Shown here one piece after another: positions 40,920 to 50,310 of a stretch of DNA of 64,000 nt. Origin of the DNA: a bacterium (GTDB lineage Bacteria > UBA8248); NCBI GenBank assembly GCA_965199855.1, contig OZ241326.1, positions 576,001 through 640,000 of the forward strand, read 5' to 3'. Position numbers and translations under genes: made by a program. The notes under the pieces are model-generated. The model saw only the letters and a program-made list of their open reading frames with translations, had not been told where the DNA came from and did not search any database. Each line of letters begins with the position of its first letter. The stretch's first letter is position 1.

Positions 40920-42592
40920 TTCGAGGCGCGGGGGGGCTGCCCGAACGGATTGGCGTGGGAGTAGGCCATCTCCTCGCTCGTGATGAACTCGAGCAGGGCG
41001 GGCGCGCCTTCCTCCGTCTTGCGCCTGGCCTCCAGGAAGGCCGCGCCGACTTCCGCCGGGTCCTCCACGCGCCTGGCCCATCCGCCCAGCGCCCTTGCGA
41101 TGTCGGCGTATTCGCCTCCCACGTCGCGCGTGCCGTATTTCTCGTGGGAGAGCGCCATGTGGCTCTTCTCCACCGCCATCGTGGAGTTCTTGAGCACCGC
41201 CGCGCAGATGGGCAGGTTCGCGCGGACGGCGGTTTCAAAGTCCAGCCCCGTCATGCCGAACGCCGCGTCGCCCATGAAGTTGACGCAGAACTTCTCCGGC
41301 GCCGCCAGCTTCGCGCCCATGATGAGGCCGAGCCCGGTGCCGAGCTGGTGGGATTTTCCCCAGCCCAGGTAGGACCTCGGCCCGTCCGACTGATAGAAGG
41401 GCAGAACCTCGTATCGCGGATTTCCCGAGTCGTGGGTGACGATGGCCCCGGACGCCGGCGCGCTTCGCATCAGCTCCCGGATCACGCGATAGGGGTTGAT
41501 GGGAACCTCATCGGAGTCGAGCTTCGGCGCCCATTCGTCCAGCCAGGACTTTCGCGCCCGCGCCACCCGCTCCTCCACGCCCTCGCGCGCCGCGCCGTCC
41601 GCGCCCCCGGCGCGCTCCGCGCAGCAGTCGATGAGCTGGCGAAGGACGAGCTTCGCGTCGCCGAGCAGGGGATGCTCTACGGGACGGCTCTTGCCCAGAT
41701 CGACCGGGTCGTTCGTCGCCTGGATGATTTTCTTTCCGGCGGGGACGGGGGCGGCGAGTCCGTGGTCGGTGAGGCTCGAGCCCACGGCGAACAGGACGTC
41801 CGCGTCCTTGAGGAAGCGCCAGGCGGGGCCGGCCATGACGCTCGAGCCCACGCCGAGCGCCAGCGGGTGGCGCTTCTCGGAGATGGCGCTTTTGCCCTCC
41901 ATGGTGGTCATCACGGGAATCCGAAGGAGCTCCGCCAGCTCCCGCAGCTCGTCCGTCGCCCGCGCGTAGAGGACGCCCGCGCCCGCGAGAATCACCGGGC
42001 GCTCCGCCTCCAGAAGGGCGCGGGCGGCGCGCTCGACGTCTTCGGGGTCCGCCTGGGCGCGCGTTCGCTTCACGGGCGCGTAGCCGCGCAGGAGGTCTTC
42101 GCTCACCTCCGCGACGGCTACGTCCGCCGGCAGCTCGACGAGGACGGGGCCCGGGCGTCCGTTTTTGAGCGCGCCGAAGGCGCGGCGCATGGCGTCCGCC
42201 GCTCGCTCGGGCACGCTGATCTGCTCCGCCGACTTCGTAACCGAGGCGTAGGAGCGGACGGAGCTGAACATCGGGAACACGCGATCCCGCCCCCTCGGGT
42301 GGCCGAGGGGAAGCAGCAGAACGGGCGAGGAGTCGGAGAAGGCGGTGGAGACGCCCGGAAAGGCGTTTTCCGCGCCCGGCCCGTACTGCATGGCGAAGAC
42401 GGCGGGGGCGGCGCCGTTGGTGACGCGGGCGTAGCCGTCGGCGATGCCCACCCCCACCCGCTCCTGGCGGCAGACGATCGGCCGAATCCCGACGGCGGCG
42501 GCCGCCTCGATCACGGGGGTGGTGGGGTAGCAGCTGAGGTATTTCACGCCCTCGCGCTTGAGGATTCCGGCGATGAGATCGACCACGCGCAT
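40916..42592 (-). CDS. Thiamine diphosphate-dependent enzyme (acetolactate synthase large subunit-like)
   Basis: RQERVGVGIADGYAR, GPGAEN, GRPGPVLVELP.D, ThDP motif GDAAFGM..N. Confidence 0.92.
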   Translation of the reverse strand: MRVVDLIAGILKREGVKYLSCYPTTPVIEAAAAVGIRPIVCRQERVGVGIADGYARVTNGAAPAVFAMQYGPGAENAFPGVSTAFSDSSPVLLLPLGHPRGRDRVFPMFSSVRSYASVTKSAEQISVPERAADAMRRAFGALKNGRPGPVLVELPADVAVAEVSEDLLRGYAPVKRTRAQADPEDVERAARALLEAERPVILAGAGVLYARATDELRELAELLRIPVMTTMEGKSAISEKRHPLALGVGSSVMAGPAWRFLKDADVLFAVGSSLTDHGLAAPVPAGKKIIQATNDPVDLGKSRPVEHPLLGDAKLVLRQLIDCCAERAGGADGAAREGVEERVARARKSWLDEWAPKLDSDEVPINPYRVIRELMRSAPASGAIVTHDSGNPRYEVLPFYQSDGPRSYLGWGKSHQLGTGLGLIMGAKLAAPEKFCVNFMGDAAFGMTGLDFETAVRANLPICAAVLKNSTMAVEKSHMALSHEKYGTRDVGGEYADIARALGGWARRVEDPAEVGAAFLEARRKTEEGAPALLEFITSEEMAYSHANPFGQPPRASN

Positions 42593-42785
42593 GCGGTTTC
42601 TCCGGTAGATCATCGAAAAGGGCTTCGTCCGGCGGATTCCCGAGTTTCCCATAGTTTCCGGTCCAAGAAAATTCGCGCCCCGGGAGCGGCGCGTCCCGTC
42701 CGTTTTCGCTACAATGCGCCCCGTCCGTCCTTTGCGCGGCGCGCTCGCGGCGCGCCCCGCGCTTTCGGGAAAGGGAAATCCGCTC

Positions 42786-43553
42786 ATGGCGAATCGGGAA
42801 GCGACCATATACGAGGTGAAGAACCGCGTCGCGTATCTCACCCTGAACCGGCCGGAGAAGAAGAACGCCATCAACCGCGCCATGCGGAAGGAGGTGCAGG
42901 ACGCCTACGCGGACATCGAGCGCAACCCGGAGGTCTGGGCGGCCGTCATCACCGCGGCGGGCGACGTTTTCTGCGCGGGGAAGGACATTCTGGAGAAGGC
43001 GCCCGAGGACGACGGGCGCGTGATGTCGAACGATGAGCTCTACCTGTATCTGCGCCACCTCTACAAGCCGATCATCTGCGCCATCAACGGCCCCTGCCTG
43101 GCCCAGGGCGCGGGCTTCGCGCTGAACTCGGACATCCTGATTTTCTCGGAGCGCGCCTCCCTCGGCTGGCCCCAGGTGAAGCGCGGCATCTCCTCGGTCA
43201 GCGGGCCCGCCATGTGCGCGCGTTCGATTCCGTGGCCGCAGGCGATGGGCTATCTCATGCGCGGGAGGCTCATCCCCGCGGAGGAGTGCCTTCGCCTGGG
43301 AATCGCCAACGAGGTGGTGGCGCACGAGGCGCTGCTGCCGACGGCGGAGCGCTACGCCGCCGAGATTCTCGAGTCCGCGCCCCTGGCGGTTCGCGCCATC
43401 AAGGAGGCGGCGCGGCGGGGGGAGGAACTGGGCTATCGGGACAGGGTGTACATGTCGCGCGACGTCGCGAACCGCATCCTCCGCACGGCGGACTCGAAGG
43501 AGGGCGTGCTGGCCTTCCGGGAGAAGCGGAAGCCCGAATGGCGCGGCGAGTAG
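42786..43553 (+). CDS. Enoyl-CoA hydratase/isomerase (crotonase) family
   Basis: TLNRPEKKNAIN, FCAGKD, KPIICAINGPC, EGVLAFREKRKPEW. Confidence 0.92.
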   Translation: MANREATIYEVKNRVAYLTLNRPEKKNAINRAMRKEVQDAYADIERNPEVWAAVITAAGDVFCAGKDILEKAPEDDGRVMSNDELYLYLRHLYKPIICAINGPCLAQGAGFALNSDILIFSERASLGWPQVKRGISSVSGPAMCARSIPWPQAMGYLMRGRLIPAEECLRLGIANEVVAHEALLPTAERYAAEILESAPLAVRAIKEAARRGEELGYRDRVYMSRDVANRILRTADSKEGVLAFREKRKPEWRGE

Positions 43554-43581
43554 CGCGGGCGTTCGGAGACGGGAGCGGAGA

Positions 43582-44586
43582 GTGGCGAAGCGCGCGGTCT
43601 GGGTGGGAACCCCCTTCATACTGAATTTCGAGGATCCCATGGAGATGTTCCGGCCCCTGGTGGACGAGGGGCTGGAGGTGCGCCTGGACGAGTGCCGCGG
43701 CCACATGCCCGAGGAGGACGTAATCGCCTGCCTGCCGGACGTCGAGGCCGTCATCGCCGGCGCCGAGCCTTACACCCGGAAGGTCTTGGAGAGCGCGCCC
43801 GCGCTTCGCGTCATCGCGCGCGCGGGAGTGGGCGTGAACAACGTTGACCTTCCGGCGGCCACGGAGCGGGGAATTCTCGTCGCGAACGCGGCGGGCCGGA
43901 ATTCAGAATCGGTGACGGAGCACCTCTTCGGCCTCATGCTCGGGGCGTGCCGGCGCATCGGCTGGCTGGACGCCGGGATTCGCAGGGGCCTCTGGCGGGA
44001 GATTCAGCCGCCGATGCGTCCCCTGAACGGCATGACGCTGGGGATTCTCGGCTTCGGAAACATCGGAAAGCAGGTGGCGAAAAGAGCGGTCGCCTTCGGC
44101 ATGAAGGTGATCACCCACGACATCGATCGGGACGAGGAGGCCGCCGCCGAGCTGGGCGCGCGGTTCGTGGGGCTGGAGACGCTGGCGCGCGAGTCGGACT
44201 ATCTCACCTGCCACGTTCCCCTGACGCCTGAGACCGAGCGCGTCATCAACCGCGAGATTCTGCGCGTGATGAAGCCGGGCGCCTTCGTGTTCAACACCTC
44301 GCGGGGAGGCGTCTTCGACCTCGACGCGCTCGCCGAGGCGCTTGCGGAGGGCGTCATCGCCGGCGCGGGGCTGGACGTGTATCCCGAGGAGCCGCCCGAT
44401 CCCGCGCATCCGGTCTTCTCGCTCGAGAACGTCGTGCTGACGCCGCACCTGGGCGGGCGCGGGGAGGACGCGATTCGCAACACCCTGCGCCACGCGGCGG
44501 GGTGCGTCCTGGCTTTCTTTCAGGGGACGCGGCCGCCCACGCTCGTCAACCCGGAAGCCTGGGAGGCTTCGCGCCGGCGGGGCTGA
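43582..44586 (+). CDS. D-isomer-specific 2-hydroxyacid dehydrogenase (SerA-like)
   Basis: RAGVGVNNVD, GFGNIG, HVPLTPET, NTSRG, LDVYPEEP, TPHLG. Confidence 0.92.
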   Translation: MAKRAVWVGTPFILNFEDPMEMFRPLVDEGLEVRLDECRGHMPEEDVIACLPDVEAVIAGAEPYTRKVLESAPALRVIARAGVGVNNVDLPAATERGILVANAAGRNSESVTEHLFGLMLGACRRIGWLDAGIRRGLWREIQPPMRPLNGMTLGILGFGNIGKQVAKRAVAFGMKVITHDIDRDEEAAAELGARFVGLETLARESDYLTCHVPLTPETERVINREILRVMKPGAFVFNTSRGGVFDLDALAEALAEGVIAGAGLDVYPEEPPDPAHPVFSLENVVLTPHLGGRGEDAIRNTLRHAAGCVLAFFQGTRPPTLVNPEAWEASRRRG

Positions 44587-44718
44587 GCCCTCCCTGCGAA
44601 GCGCCGCTGACGGCGTAGTGGAGAATCCTCGCCGCCCGCCCGGGCTCCTCCGCCGCGGCCACGACCGCGCCGCGCTCCTCCTGAAGCGCCGATGACGCGA
44701 AAGAATGACGCGGAATGA

Positions 44719-44749
44719 AAAGCCCCGGCCCAATGAGGGCCGGGGCTTT
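44719..44749. terminator. Bidirectional Rho-independent terminator
   Basis: AAAGCCCCGGCCC-aatga-GGGCCGGGGCTTT. Confidence 0.8.
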
Positions 44750-44821
44750 CGCATTTCGGTGACCTGGTGGGGATTCGCCTGGGCGAAGATGAACCCGGGA
44801 ACCTCCCCGCGGCTCTCTCCC

Positions 44822-44860
44822 CTAGGCGCCGGCCACCTCGTCCCTACAGTCCGTTTTCAT
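44822..44860 (-). CDS. 12-aa peptide MKTDCRDEVAGA
   Basis: Preceded by GAAAGGAGGTGATCC (44865-44879), complement of canonical 16S 3' end. Confidence 0.55.
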   Translation of the reverse strand: MKTDCRDEVAGA

Positions 44861-44891
44861 ATTGGGATCACCTCCTTTCCGACGTAGCCCC

Positions 44892-44920
44892 ATCATGCCG
44901 GAAGAGGAGAGAAAAGTCAA
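44892..44920 (-). promoter_or_regulatory. Sigma70-type promoter TTGACT-N17-CATGAT
   Basis: Reverse strand reads TTGACT TTTCTCTCCTCTTCCGG CATGAT. Confidence 0.6.
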
Positions 44921-45013
44921 GAGGGGGCGCGGGGCGATCTCTGGCGGCCGCGCCTCGTCCGTGATATACCCGTTCCCGCGCGGCCGGGGAGGCTTCCGCG
45001 CCTCCGATCCGCC

Positions 45014-45106
45014 GGAGAGGTGTCCGAGAGGCCGAAGGAGTACGACTGGAAATCGTATAGGCGCCCACAAGGCGCCTCGAGGGTTCGAATCCCTCCCTCT
45101 CCGCCA
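45014..45106 (+). tRNA. tRNA-Ser (anticodon GGA)
   Basis: GGAGAGG/CCTCTCC acceptor stem, TACGA-CTGGAAA-TCGTA anticodon arm, long variable arm, GGTTCGAATCC, encoded CCA. Confidence 0.97.
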
Positions 45107-45133
45107 GCGAATCGTCCGCCGCGCCCGGAGGAA

Positions 45134-46162
45134 TCACCCGAAGAAGAGCTCGGCGGTGTCGAAGAAATCCTCCCGCAGCTCGTTCACCTTTCCGGATACC
45201 TCGTCCAGCGGAACCGGTTTGATGTCGCGCCCCTGAAGCGCGGCCATGACGCCCCAGGTTCCCTCGTGGGCGAATTCGCTCGCCCGCGCGCCCAGGCGGG
45301 TCGCCAGCACCCTGTCGTAGGGGACGGGGGAGCCGCCGCGCTGGATGTGCCCCAGGATGACGGCGCGCGTGTCCACGCTCATCCGGTCGCCGACTTCCTT
45401 GGCGAGGTATTCGCCGATGCCGCCGAGCTGGACGTGCCCGAACTCGTCCTGCGCCTGGCTTCGCGTCACGTAGTCCTCCATGCCCTTGGGCTTCGCGCCC
45501 TCGGCCACCACCACGTTGGCGAAGTTGCGCCCCCGCGCGAAGCGCGCCTTGAGGATATCGACCACCTCGTCGATGTCGAAGGGCCGCTCGGGCACGAGGA
45601 TGAGGTCGGCGCCGCCGGCGATGCCCGCGTAGGTGGCGAGCCAGCCCGACTGGCGCCCCATGACCTCGAGGATGATGACGCGGTCGTGCGCCTCGGCCGT
45701 GGTGCGCAGGCGGTCGATGGCGTCGGTGATGACGCCCACGGCGGTGTGGAAGCCGAAGGAGTAGTCCGTCAGCCCGATGTCGTTGTCGATGGTCTTGGGC
45801 ACGCTGATGACGTTGAAGCCCTCCCCGTTCAGGAAGGCGGCGACGCTCAGCGTGTCGTCGCCCCCGATGGCGATGAGGCCGTCGATGCGCGAGGCGCGCC
45901 AGTTTTCCCGGAGCTTGTCGAGCATGGCGGGGTCCTTCATCGGGTTCGTCCTGGAGGACCCCAGAATGGTGCCGCCCTGGTCGAGGATGCCGGAGATCAT
46001 CGGCCCCGTGATTTCCACGAAGTCCGCGTTCACCAGCCCGCGCCACCCCCGGCGCACGCCCAGGGTGGAGCTTCCGCGATGGAAATTCGAGGCTGTCACC
46101 GCGCGGATGACCGCGTTCAGTCCGGGGCAGTCGCCGCCGCCGGTCAATACTCCCAGCTTCAT
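45134..46162 (-). CDS. pfkA: 6-phosphofructokinase (PfkA family)
   Basis: LTGGGDCPGLN, GGTILGSSR, IGGDDT, PKTIDND, EVMGR, LGHIQRGG. Confidence 0.95.
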   Translation of the reverse strand: MKLGVLTGGGDCPGLNAVIRAVTASNFHRGSSTLGVRRGWRGLVNADFVEITGPMISGILDQGGTILGSSRTNPMKDPAMLDKLRENWRASRIDGLIAIGGDDTLSVAAFLNGEGFNVISVPKTIDNDIGLTDYSFGFHTAVGVITDAIDRLRTTAEAHDRVIILEVMGRQSGWLATYAGIAGGADLILVPERPFDIDEVVDILKARFARGRNFANVVVAEGAKPKGMEDYVTRSQAQDEFGHVQLGGIGEYLAKEVGDRMSVDTRAVILGHIQRGGSPVPYDRVLATRLGARASEFAHEGTWGVMAALQGRDIKPVPLDEVSGKVNELREDFFDTAELFFG

Positions 46163-46299
46163 GGCTCGCGCTTCCTTCTGATGGGGGGACGTTCACGCGC
46201 TTTCCGTATGCCTCGCATCATACCACAGCCGGGGGCGGGGGGGAGGGATACCGGCTTCCGGGCTTCGGCGGGCGCCGAGAGCGTGAGCGGCAAGTCAGG

Positions 46300-46773
46300 T
46301 CAAGAGGCGCGTCTTTTGATTTCGCCTCCGTTTTTCTCTCCAAGGTGCACGATGTCCCAATCGCCCCACTGCCGCTTGAGATATTCCGCAACGAGGCGGC
46401 GGTGGCAGTGGTGGGGCTGGTCTTCACTGCACAGCAGGCAGCCGTTTTCCACGACGTCCTTGGGGGTTGTTTCCTCGATGCGCCGTTCTCGCATCAATCC
46501 CATGAATCGGGCTTCATAGGTTTCCCAGTCGATCAGCTTCTTCCTGTAGTCGCGCAGCAGATCCCGCGTGGGCGCAAGCTGCGGCAGATGCGCGTAGTCC
46601 ATTCCGCAAATTTCCCGCAGGAAATAGGACAGATCGTCCCGTTTGGCGAAGCCGGCGAGTTGCGAGGCGTTGTTCAGCCGCACGTCAATGATTCGCCGCG
46701 CGCCCGACGCCCGCAGGAGATGGAAAAAATCACCGGCTGATTTTCTGGTGAAGCCGATGGTGAAAATGTTCAT
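46300..46773 (-). CDS. DUF488 family protein
   Basis: IFTIGFT.KSA, IDVRLNN.SQLAGFAK, LAPT, LLCSEDQPHHCHR. Confidence 0.88.
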   Translation of the reverse strand: MNIFTIGFTRKSAGDFFHLLRASGARRIIDVRLNNASQLAGFAKRDDLSYFLREICGMDYAHLPQLAPTRDLLRDYRKKLIDWETYEARFMGLMRERRIEETTPKDVVENGCLLCSEDQPHHCHRRLVAEYLKRQWGDWDIVHLGEKNGGEIKRRAS

Positions 46774-47396
46774 GCGCTTCGGGCGGCGGCGCGGGCGGCT
46801 TGGGCCTCGTCCTGGCGTGAGATTCGCCGCGCCTGTCTGGCGATAACTCTCGCAATCCGCTGGTCGCGCCGTTCAAACAGCTCCCCCTGCTGCGGGTCGC
46901 CATACAGGGCGAGCAGCCGATCCATGGCGTCGAAATGCGTCTCCAGCCTCCCGTCGGCGAGGATGTGTCTCACCTTGACGCCTCGCGCCTCAAGAGCCCG
47001 CGCCACCAGCAGGGCGCGATGGCACGCCAGAGGCTCTTTCTCCGCGCACATGAGCGCGAGGCGGCGATCGGCGGCGTCGTGAACAATCCGCTCCAGTCCG
47101 CGCCGGAATGGTTCGGTTCTACTGATGCGGTCGTAACAGACGCGCCCGTTTTCATAGCAGGAGGGATCGTCCGATCTGCCTCCCAATTCCAGTCCATGGA
47201 ACGCGTACTCAATCCCGCTCGCGGCGAGGCCGCGCGCCAGCGGCTCGCGGTTGAATTGCGGATTGTGACGGCTGAACGGCGCCGAGCGGACGTCCGCCAG
47301 CGCGGCGACGCGATGCCGCCGCAGCAGCGCGGCGAACGCTTCAAGGGTATGCGTGGAATGGCCGATGGTGAGGATGTTCTCGTCAATTACGCTCAT
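46770..47396 (-). CDS. DUF488 family protein
   Basis: LTIGHSTH, DVRSAPFSRHNPQFN, LGGR, LMCAEKEPLACHR. Confidence 0.9.
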   Translation of the reverse strand: MSVIDENILTIGHSTHTLEAFAALLRRHRVAALADVRSAPFSRHNPQFNREPLARGLAASGIEYAFHGLELGGRSDDPSCYENGRVCYDRISRTEPFRRGLERIVHDAADRRLALMCAEKEPLACHRALLVARALEARGVKVRHILADGRLETHFDAMDRLLALYGDPQQGELFERRDQRIARVIARQARRISRQDEAQAARAAARSA

Positions 47397-48087
47397 TGCC
47401 CTGCTGCCCGCCCGCAGTGATTATCGCGGCGATGAGTTTGTAGCACGCGCCCTGATATTCCCCAAGGCTGATGGTAAGATAGCATTCACCGATTTCATAG
47501 TCTCCAGCCGGCTTGGCGAAATATGTTTGCTCGAATTTGGGGTCGGTAACCCAGAGAGCATATTCGTTGCCTGCGTGCGAGAATCGACCTTGCACGCGCA
47601 GCCTTGGCCTTCGGTGGCCGAAACCTTTATGCATGGCTACGTTGAGCTGCAAACACTCGATGCGGATTAGTCGCAACGAATCGGCGATCGAACCGGTTGT
47701 AGCCAGCGGGATTTTATTATTTTTACCTTTGCTGGTGCTGTGCCCGTCGAGCCAGAGTGGCCCGTCAGGGTCCGTGAGCGCTGGTAAATCGGACCGCGGC
47801 AGATGCCCGACTTTCCTCCAATCATGTTCGGAATCAAGCAGCCAGTTCTCGGTTTGATAGTCTTCAGGCTGTCGTTTCAAGAGCGGGATGTCGATGATGT
47901 CGAGCACCTGCGGGTCGCTTCTGTTTTCGTATTGCCGTTCATTCTTGCGTACTTCTTGGTTTTCGCGTGCGCTGACGGGTCGGATCCATTGTCCAGCTTG
48001 GTTGTCGCTCCACTCGCGGCCAGCGATGCACCTCCCGTTTGATTTCCGGGAGTTTGCGAGGCAGACGATGCGCTTCACATTCTGCAT
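47383..48087 (-). CDS. Dual OB-fold domain protein
   Basis: IVCLANSRK..GRCIAG, WIRPV, YQTENW, VTDP, LTISLGE..CYKLIAAI. Confidence 0.75.
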   Translation of the reverse strand: MQNVKRIVCLANSRKSNGRCIAGREWSDNQAGQWIRPVSARENQEVRKNERQYENRSDPQVLDIIDIPLLKRQPEDYQTENWLLDSEHDWRKVGHLPRSDLPALTDPDGPLWLDGHSTSKGKNNKIPLATTGSIADSLRLIRIECLQLNVAMHKGFGHRRPRLRVQGRFSHAGNEYALWVTDPKFEQTYFAKPAGDYEIGECYLTISLGEYQGACYKLIAAIITAGGQQGNERN

Positions 48088-48459
48088 TTCGACGACTTCC
48101 TTTCGCATTCCAAAGCTTTCGCGCGCATCACCTGGGGATTGGGTGATGCAATTTTCTCCCCTATGCGGGCATCGGAAATTCTAGCATCTCGGATTTTCTC
48201 GAATCAAGGATGCCGTTGAGACGCTTTCTTGCCGGCGCCTTGTTTTCGTTATTCTCCCGTTCCTTCCGTTTTGCCCGATTGACTTTTCCGGGAGAGAGAG
48301 AAGCCCCCCCTCCCCCGGCGCCTGGCGCGGCGCGCGCTTTTCGTGCTAGAATCGCGCCCACGTCGAAAAACTGGAGAGATCGCGCGTCGGAGGGGTTTGC
48401 GGCCGGCCCCCGCTTTCGTCCCAAGTGGCCGCGTCATCTCGACAGGAAAGGAGAGCGCC

Positions 48460-49599
48460 ATGTCCAGGAAGGAGCCGCAGGAGCATCCCGGAATCCTCGT
48501 TCCCGAACCATCCGGCCTCACGCGCAGGAGCTTCATCCGGACCCTCGGCGCGGCGGCGGCCGCGCCCATGGCGTTCGCGGCGCGCGAGGCGGAGGCGGCG
48601 AGCTGGCCCGCGCGCCCCATCACCACGGTCGTCATGTACGCGGCGGGCGGCGGCACCGACACCGTCATCCGCACCCTGGTGGGGGAGATGGCCCGCTCCA
48701 CCGGCTGGCGCGTCAACGTCATCAACCGCCCCGGCTCCTCCGGCGGCGTGGCCACCCGCTACGTGCTCAACAAGGCGGCGGACGGCTACACGTGGCTGGG
48801 CGCGGCGAACTACAACAAGTTCGTCCGCCCGATGGGCTACGTGAACTCCGCGGCGTGGGAGGACTGGCAGCACTTCGGCGCGGCCACCTCGCTGGCGAGC
48901 TGGTCGGTGCGGCCCGACTCGCCCTTCAAGAGCTTCGGGGACGCGGTCGCCGCGGCCAAGAAGCGCTCCGGCAAGCTCACCATCTCCACCTCGGGGGTGG
49001 GCAGCATCTGGCACGAGGTGGGCGCCATCGTAGCGGACGCCGCGGGCGTCGAGCTGCGCTTCGTCCCCTACAAGGGCGGAAAGCCCGCCACCGTCGCGGG
49101 GCTTCAGGGCGAGGTGGACATCGCCGGCGGCGGCGTCCACGAGCACGTCGAGTTTCTGCGGGCGGGCAAGCTGCGCAACCTCATGCACACGGGTCCGAAG
49201 GATCTGGACATTCCGGACTACGGCAAGGCGTTCAGCGTGGGCAACTTCCTGCCCGCGCTCAAGGGGCTGCTGCCCATGGGCGGCACCTACAGCATCGGCG
49301 TCGAGCGGGCGGCGCCCGTCGAGGTTCTCGAGAAGATCAGGCCGGCGTGGATCGCCGCGGCGAAGTCCGAGGCCTTCGGGAAGATCGCGAAGCGCAAGTA
49401 TTTCCAGAGCGACATTCGCGTGGGCGCGGACGCGGATCGCCGCGCCGCCCTGCTGGAGTGCCTGAGCGCCAAGACCCTGCTGCGGCTTCAGAAGCACATC
49501 GGCAAGAAGGTGCGCGGCCCGAAGGAGCTCGGCCTTCCCGACCCGAAGAACTTCGACGCCTGGTGGCCTCCGAAGGGATACAAGCCCCGCATGAGCTAG
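48460..49599 (+). CDS. tctC: Tripartite tricarboxylate transporter substrate-binding protein (Bug/TctC)
   Basis: Tat signal TRRSFIR; WPARPI..YAAGGGTD, NRPGSSG, ADGYT, VPYKGG. Confidence 0.9.
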   Translation: MSRKEPQEHPGILVPEPSGLTRRSFIRTLGAAAAAPMAFAAREAEAASWPARPITTVVMYAAGGGTDTVIRTLVGEMARSTGWRVNVINRPGSSGGVATRYVLNKAADGYTWLGAANYNKFVRPMGYVNSAAWEDWQHFGAATSLASWSVRPDSPFKSFGDAVAAAKKRSGKLTISTSGVGSIWHEVGAIVADAAGVELRFVPYKGGKPATVAGLQGEVDIAGGGVHEHVEFLRAGKLRNLMHTGPKDLDIPDYGKAFSVGNFLPALKGLLPMGGTYSIGVERAAPVEVLEKIRPAWIAAAKSEAFGKIAKRKYFQSDIRVGADADRRAALLECLSAKTLLRLQKHIGKKVRGPKELGLPDPKNFDAWWPPKGYKPRMS

Positions 49600-49705
49600 C
49601 GGGCCTCCGCGACGCTCCCCGGACGGGCCGCCCCATTCGCCGGGCGGCCCGTCTTGGGAGGGGCCGTTTTTCCGTCCCGCGCCCGGGACGCGCCGGGAGA
49701 GCCGC

Positions 49706-50308
49706 ATGGCCGCCCTGAAAGACGACGAACGCGAGGCCCGCCCGCCCGCCTCCTCCGAGGAGGCGCCCGGCGGCGCGCCCCCCGGAAAGGACCTGGCGGC
49801 GGCCGTCTGCGTGGGCGTCCTCGCGGTTTGCGCCATGCTCCTGGCGCTCCTCATGCCCGACCCCGGCGGCAACGTCTTCACCGCGCCGGGCTTCATGCCC
49901 TTTCTGACCGGCCTGAGCCTGCTCGTCATGGCCGCGGGCCTCGGGGCGAGCGCCCTCAAGAGGGGCGCCCGCGCGCGGGCGAATCTCCCGTCCGCCGGAA
50001 GGGGGCTGCGGCGCTATTTCGCCGACTATGAGAACCAGTGGGCGATCATCCTGATGGGCGTGGTGATCCTCTACGTGGCCCTCATCGACTGGGTCACCTT
50101 CGAGGTCTCGGCGCCGCTGGGTGCCTCGGGCTGGCGGATCGCCTTCAGCAGCTTCGAGGCGGTCACCATTCCCGCGCTGGCCGTCGCGCTCAAGATGTTC
50201 TGGCCGAAGCCCTTCCTCCGCTGCCTCGCCGTCTCGCTGGTCTCCACGCTGGTTCTGGCCGCCGCGTTTCGCTACGGCTTCGGAATTCCCCTGCCGGGAT
50301 CGGGATAG
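49706..50308 (+). CDS. tctB: TctB-like small membrane subunit
   Basis: Several TM segments, APGFMP, C-terminal FRYGFGIPLP; lies between tctC and tctA. Confidence 0.8.
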   Translation: MAALKDDEREARPPASSEEAPGGAPPGKDLAAAVCVGVLAVCAMLLALLMPDPGGNVFTAPGFMPFLTGLSLLVMAAGLGASALKRGARARANLPSAGRGLRRYFADYENQWAIILMGVVILYVALIDWVTFEVSAPLGASGWRIAFSSFEAVTIPALAVALKMFWPKPFLRCLAVSLVSTLVLAAAFRYGFGIPLPGSG

Positions 50309-50310
50309 GC

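Larger units (their letters stand above)
44719..44885 (-). ncRNA. Putative small structured RNA / short-peptide mRNA
   Basis: Promoter, extreme SD, 12-codon ORF, hairpins and terminator in order on minus strand. Confidence 0.55.

Noticed and set aside
44865-44879. 16S rRNA 3' end on plus strand
   Set aside because: Only ~15 nt match with no upstream 16S sequence; better explained as an SD on the minus strand
45014-45134. tRNA-Ser as an integration site
   Set aside because: Followed directly by pfkA; no duplicated tRNA 3' end noticed in the window
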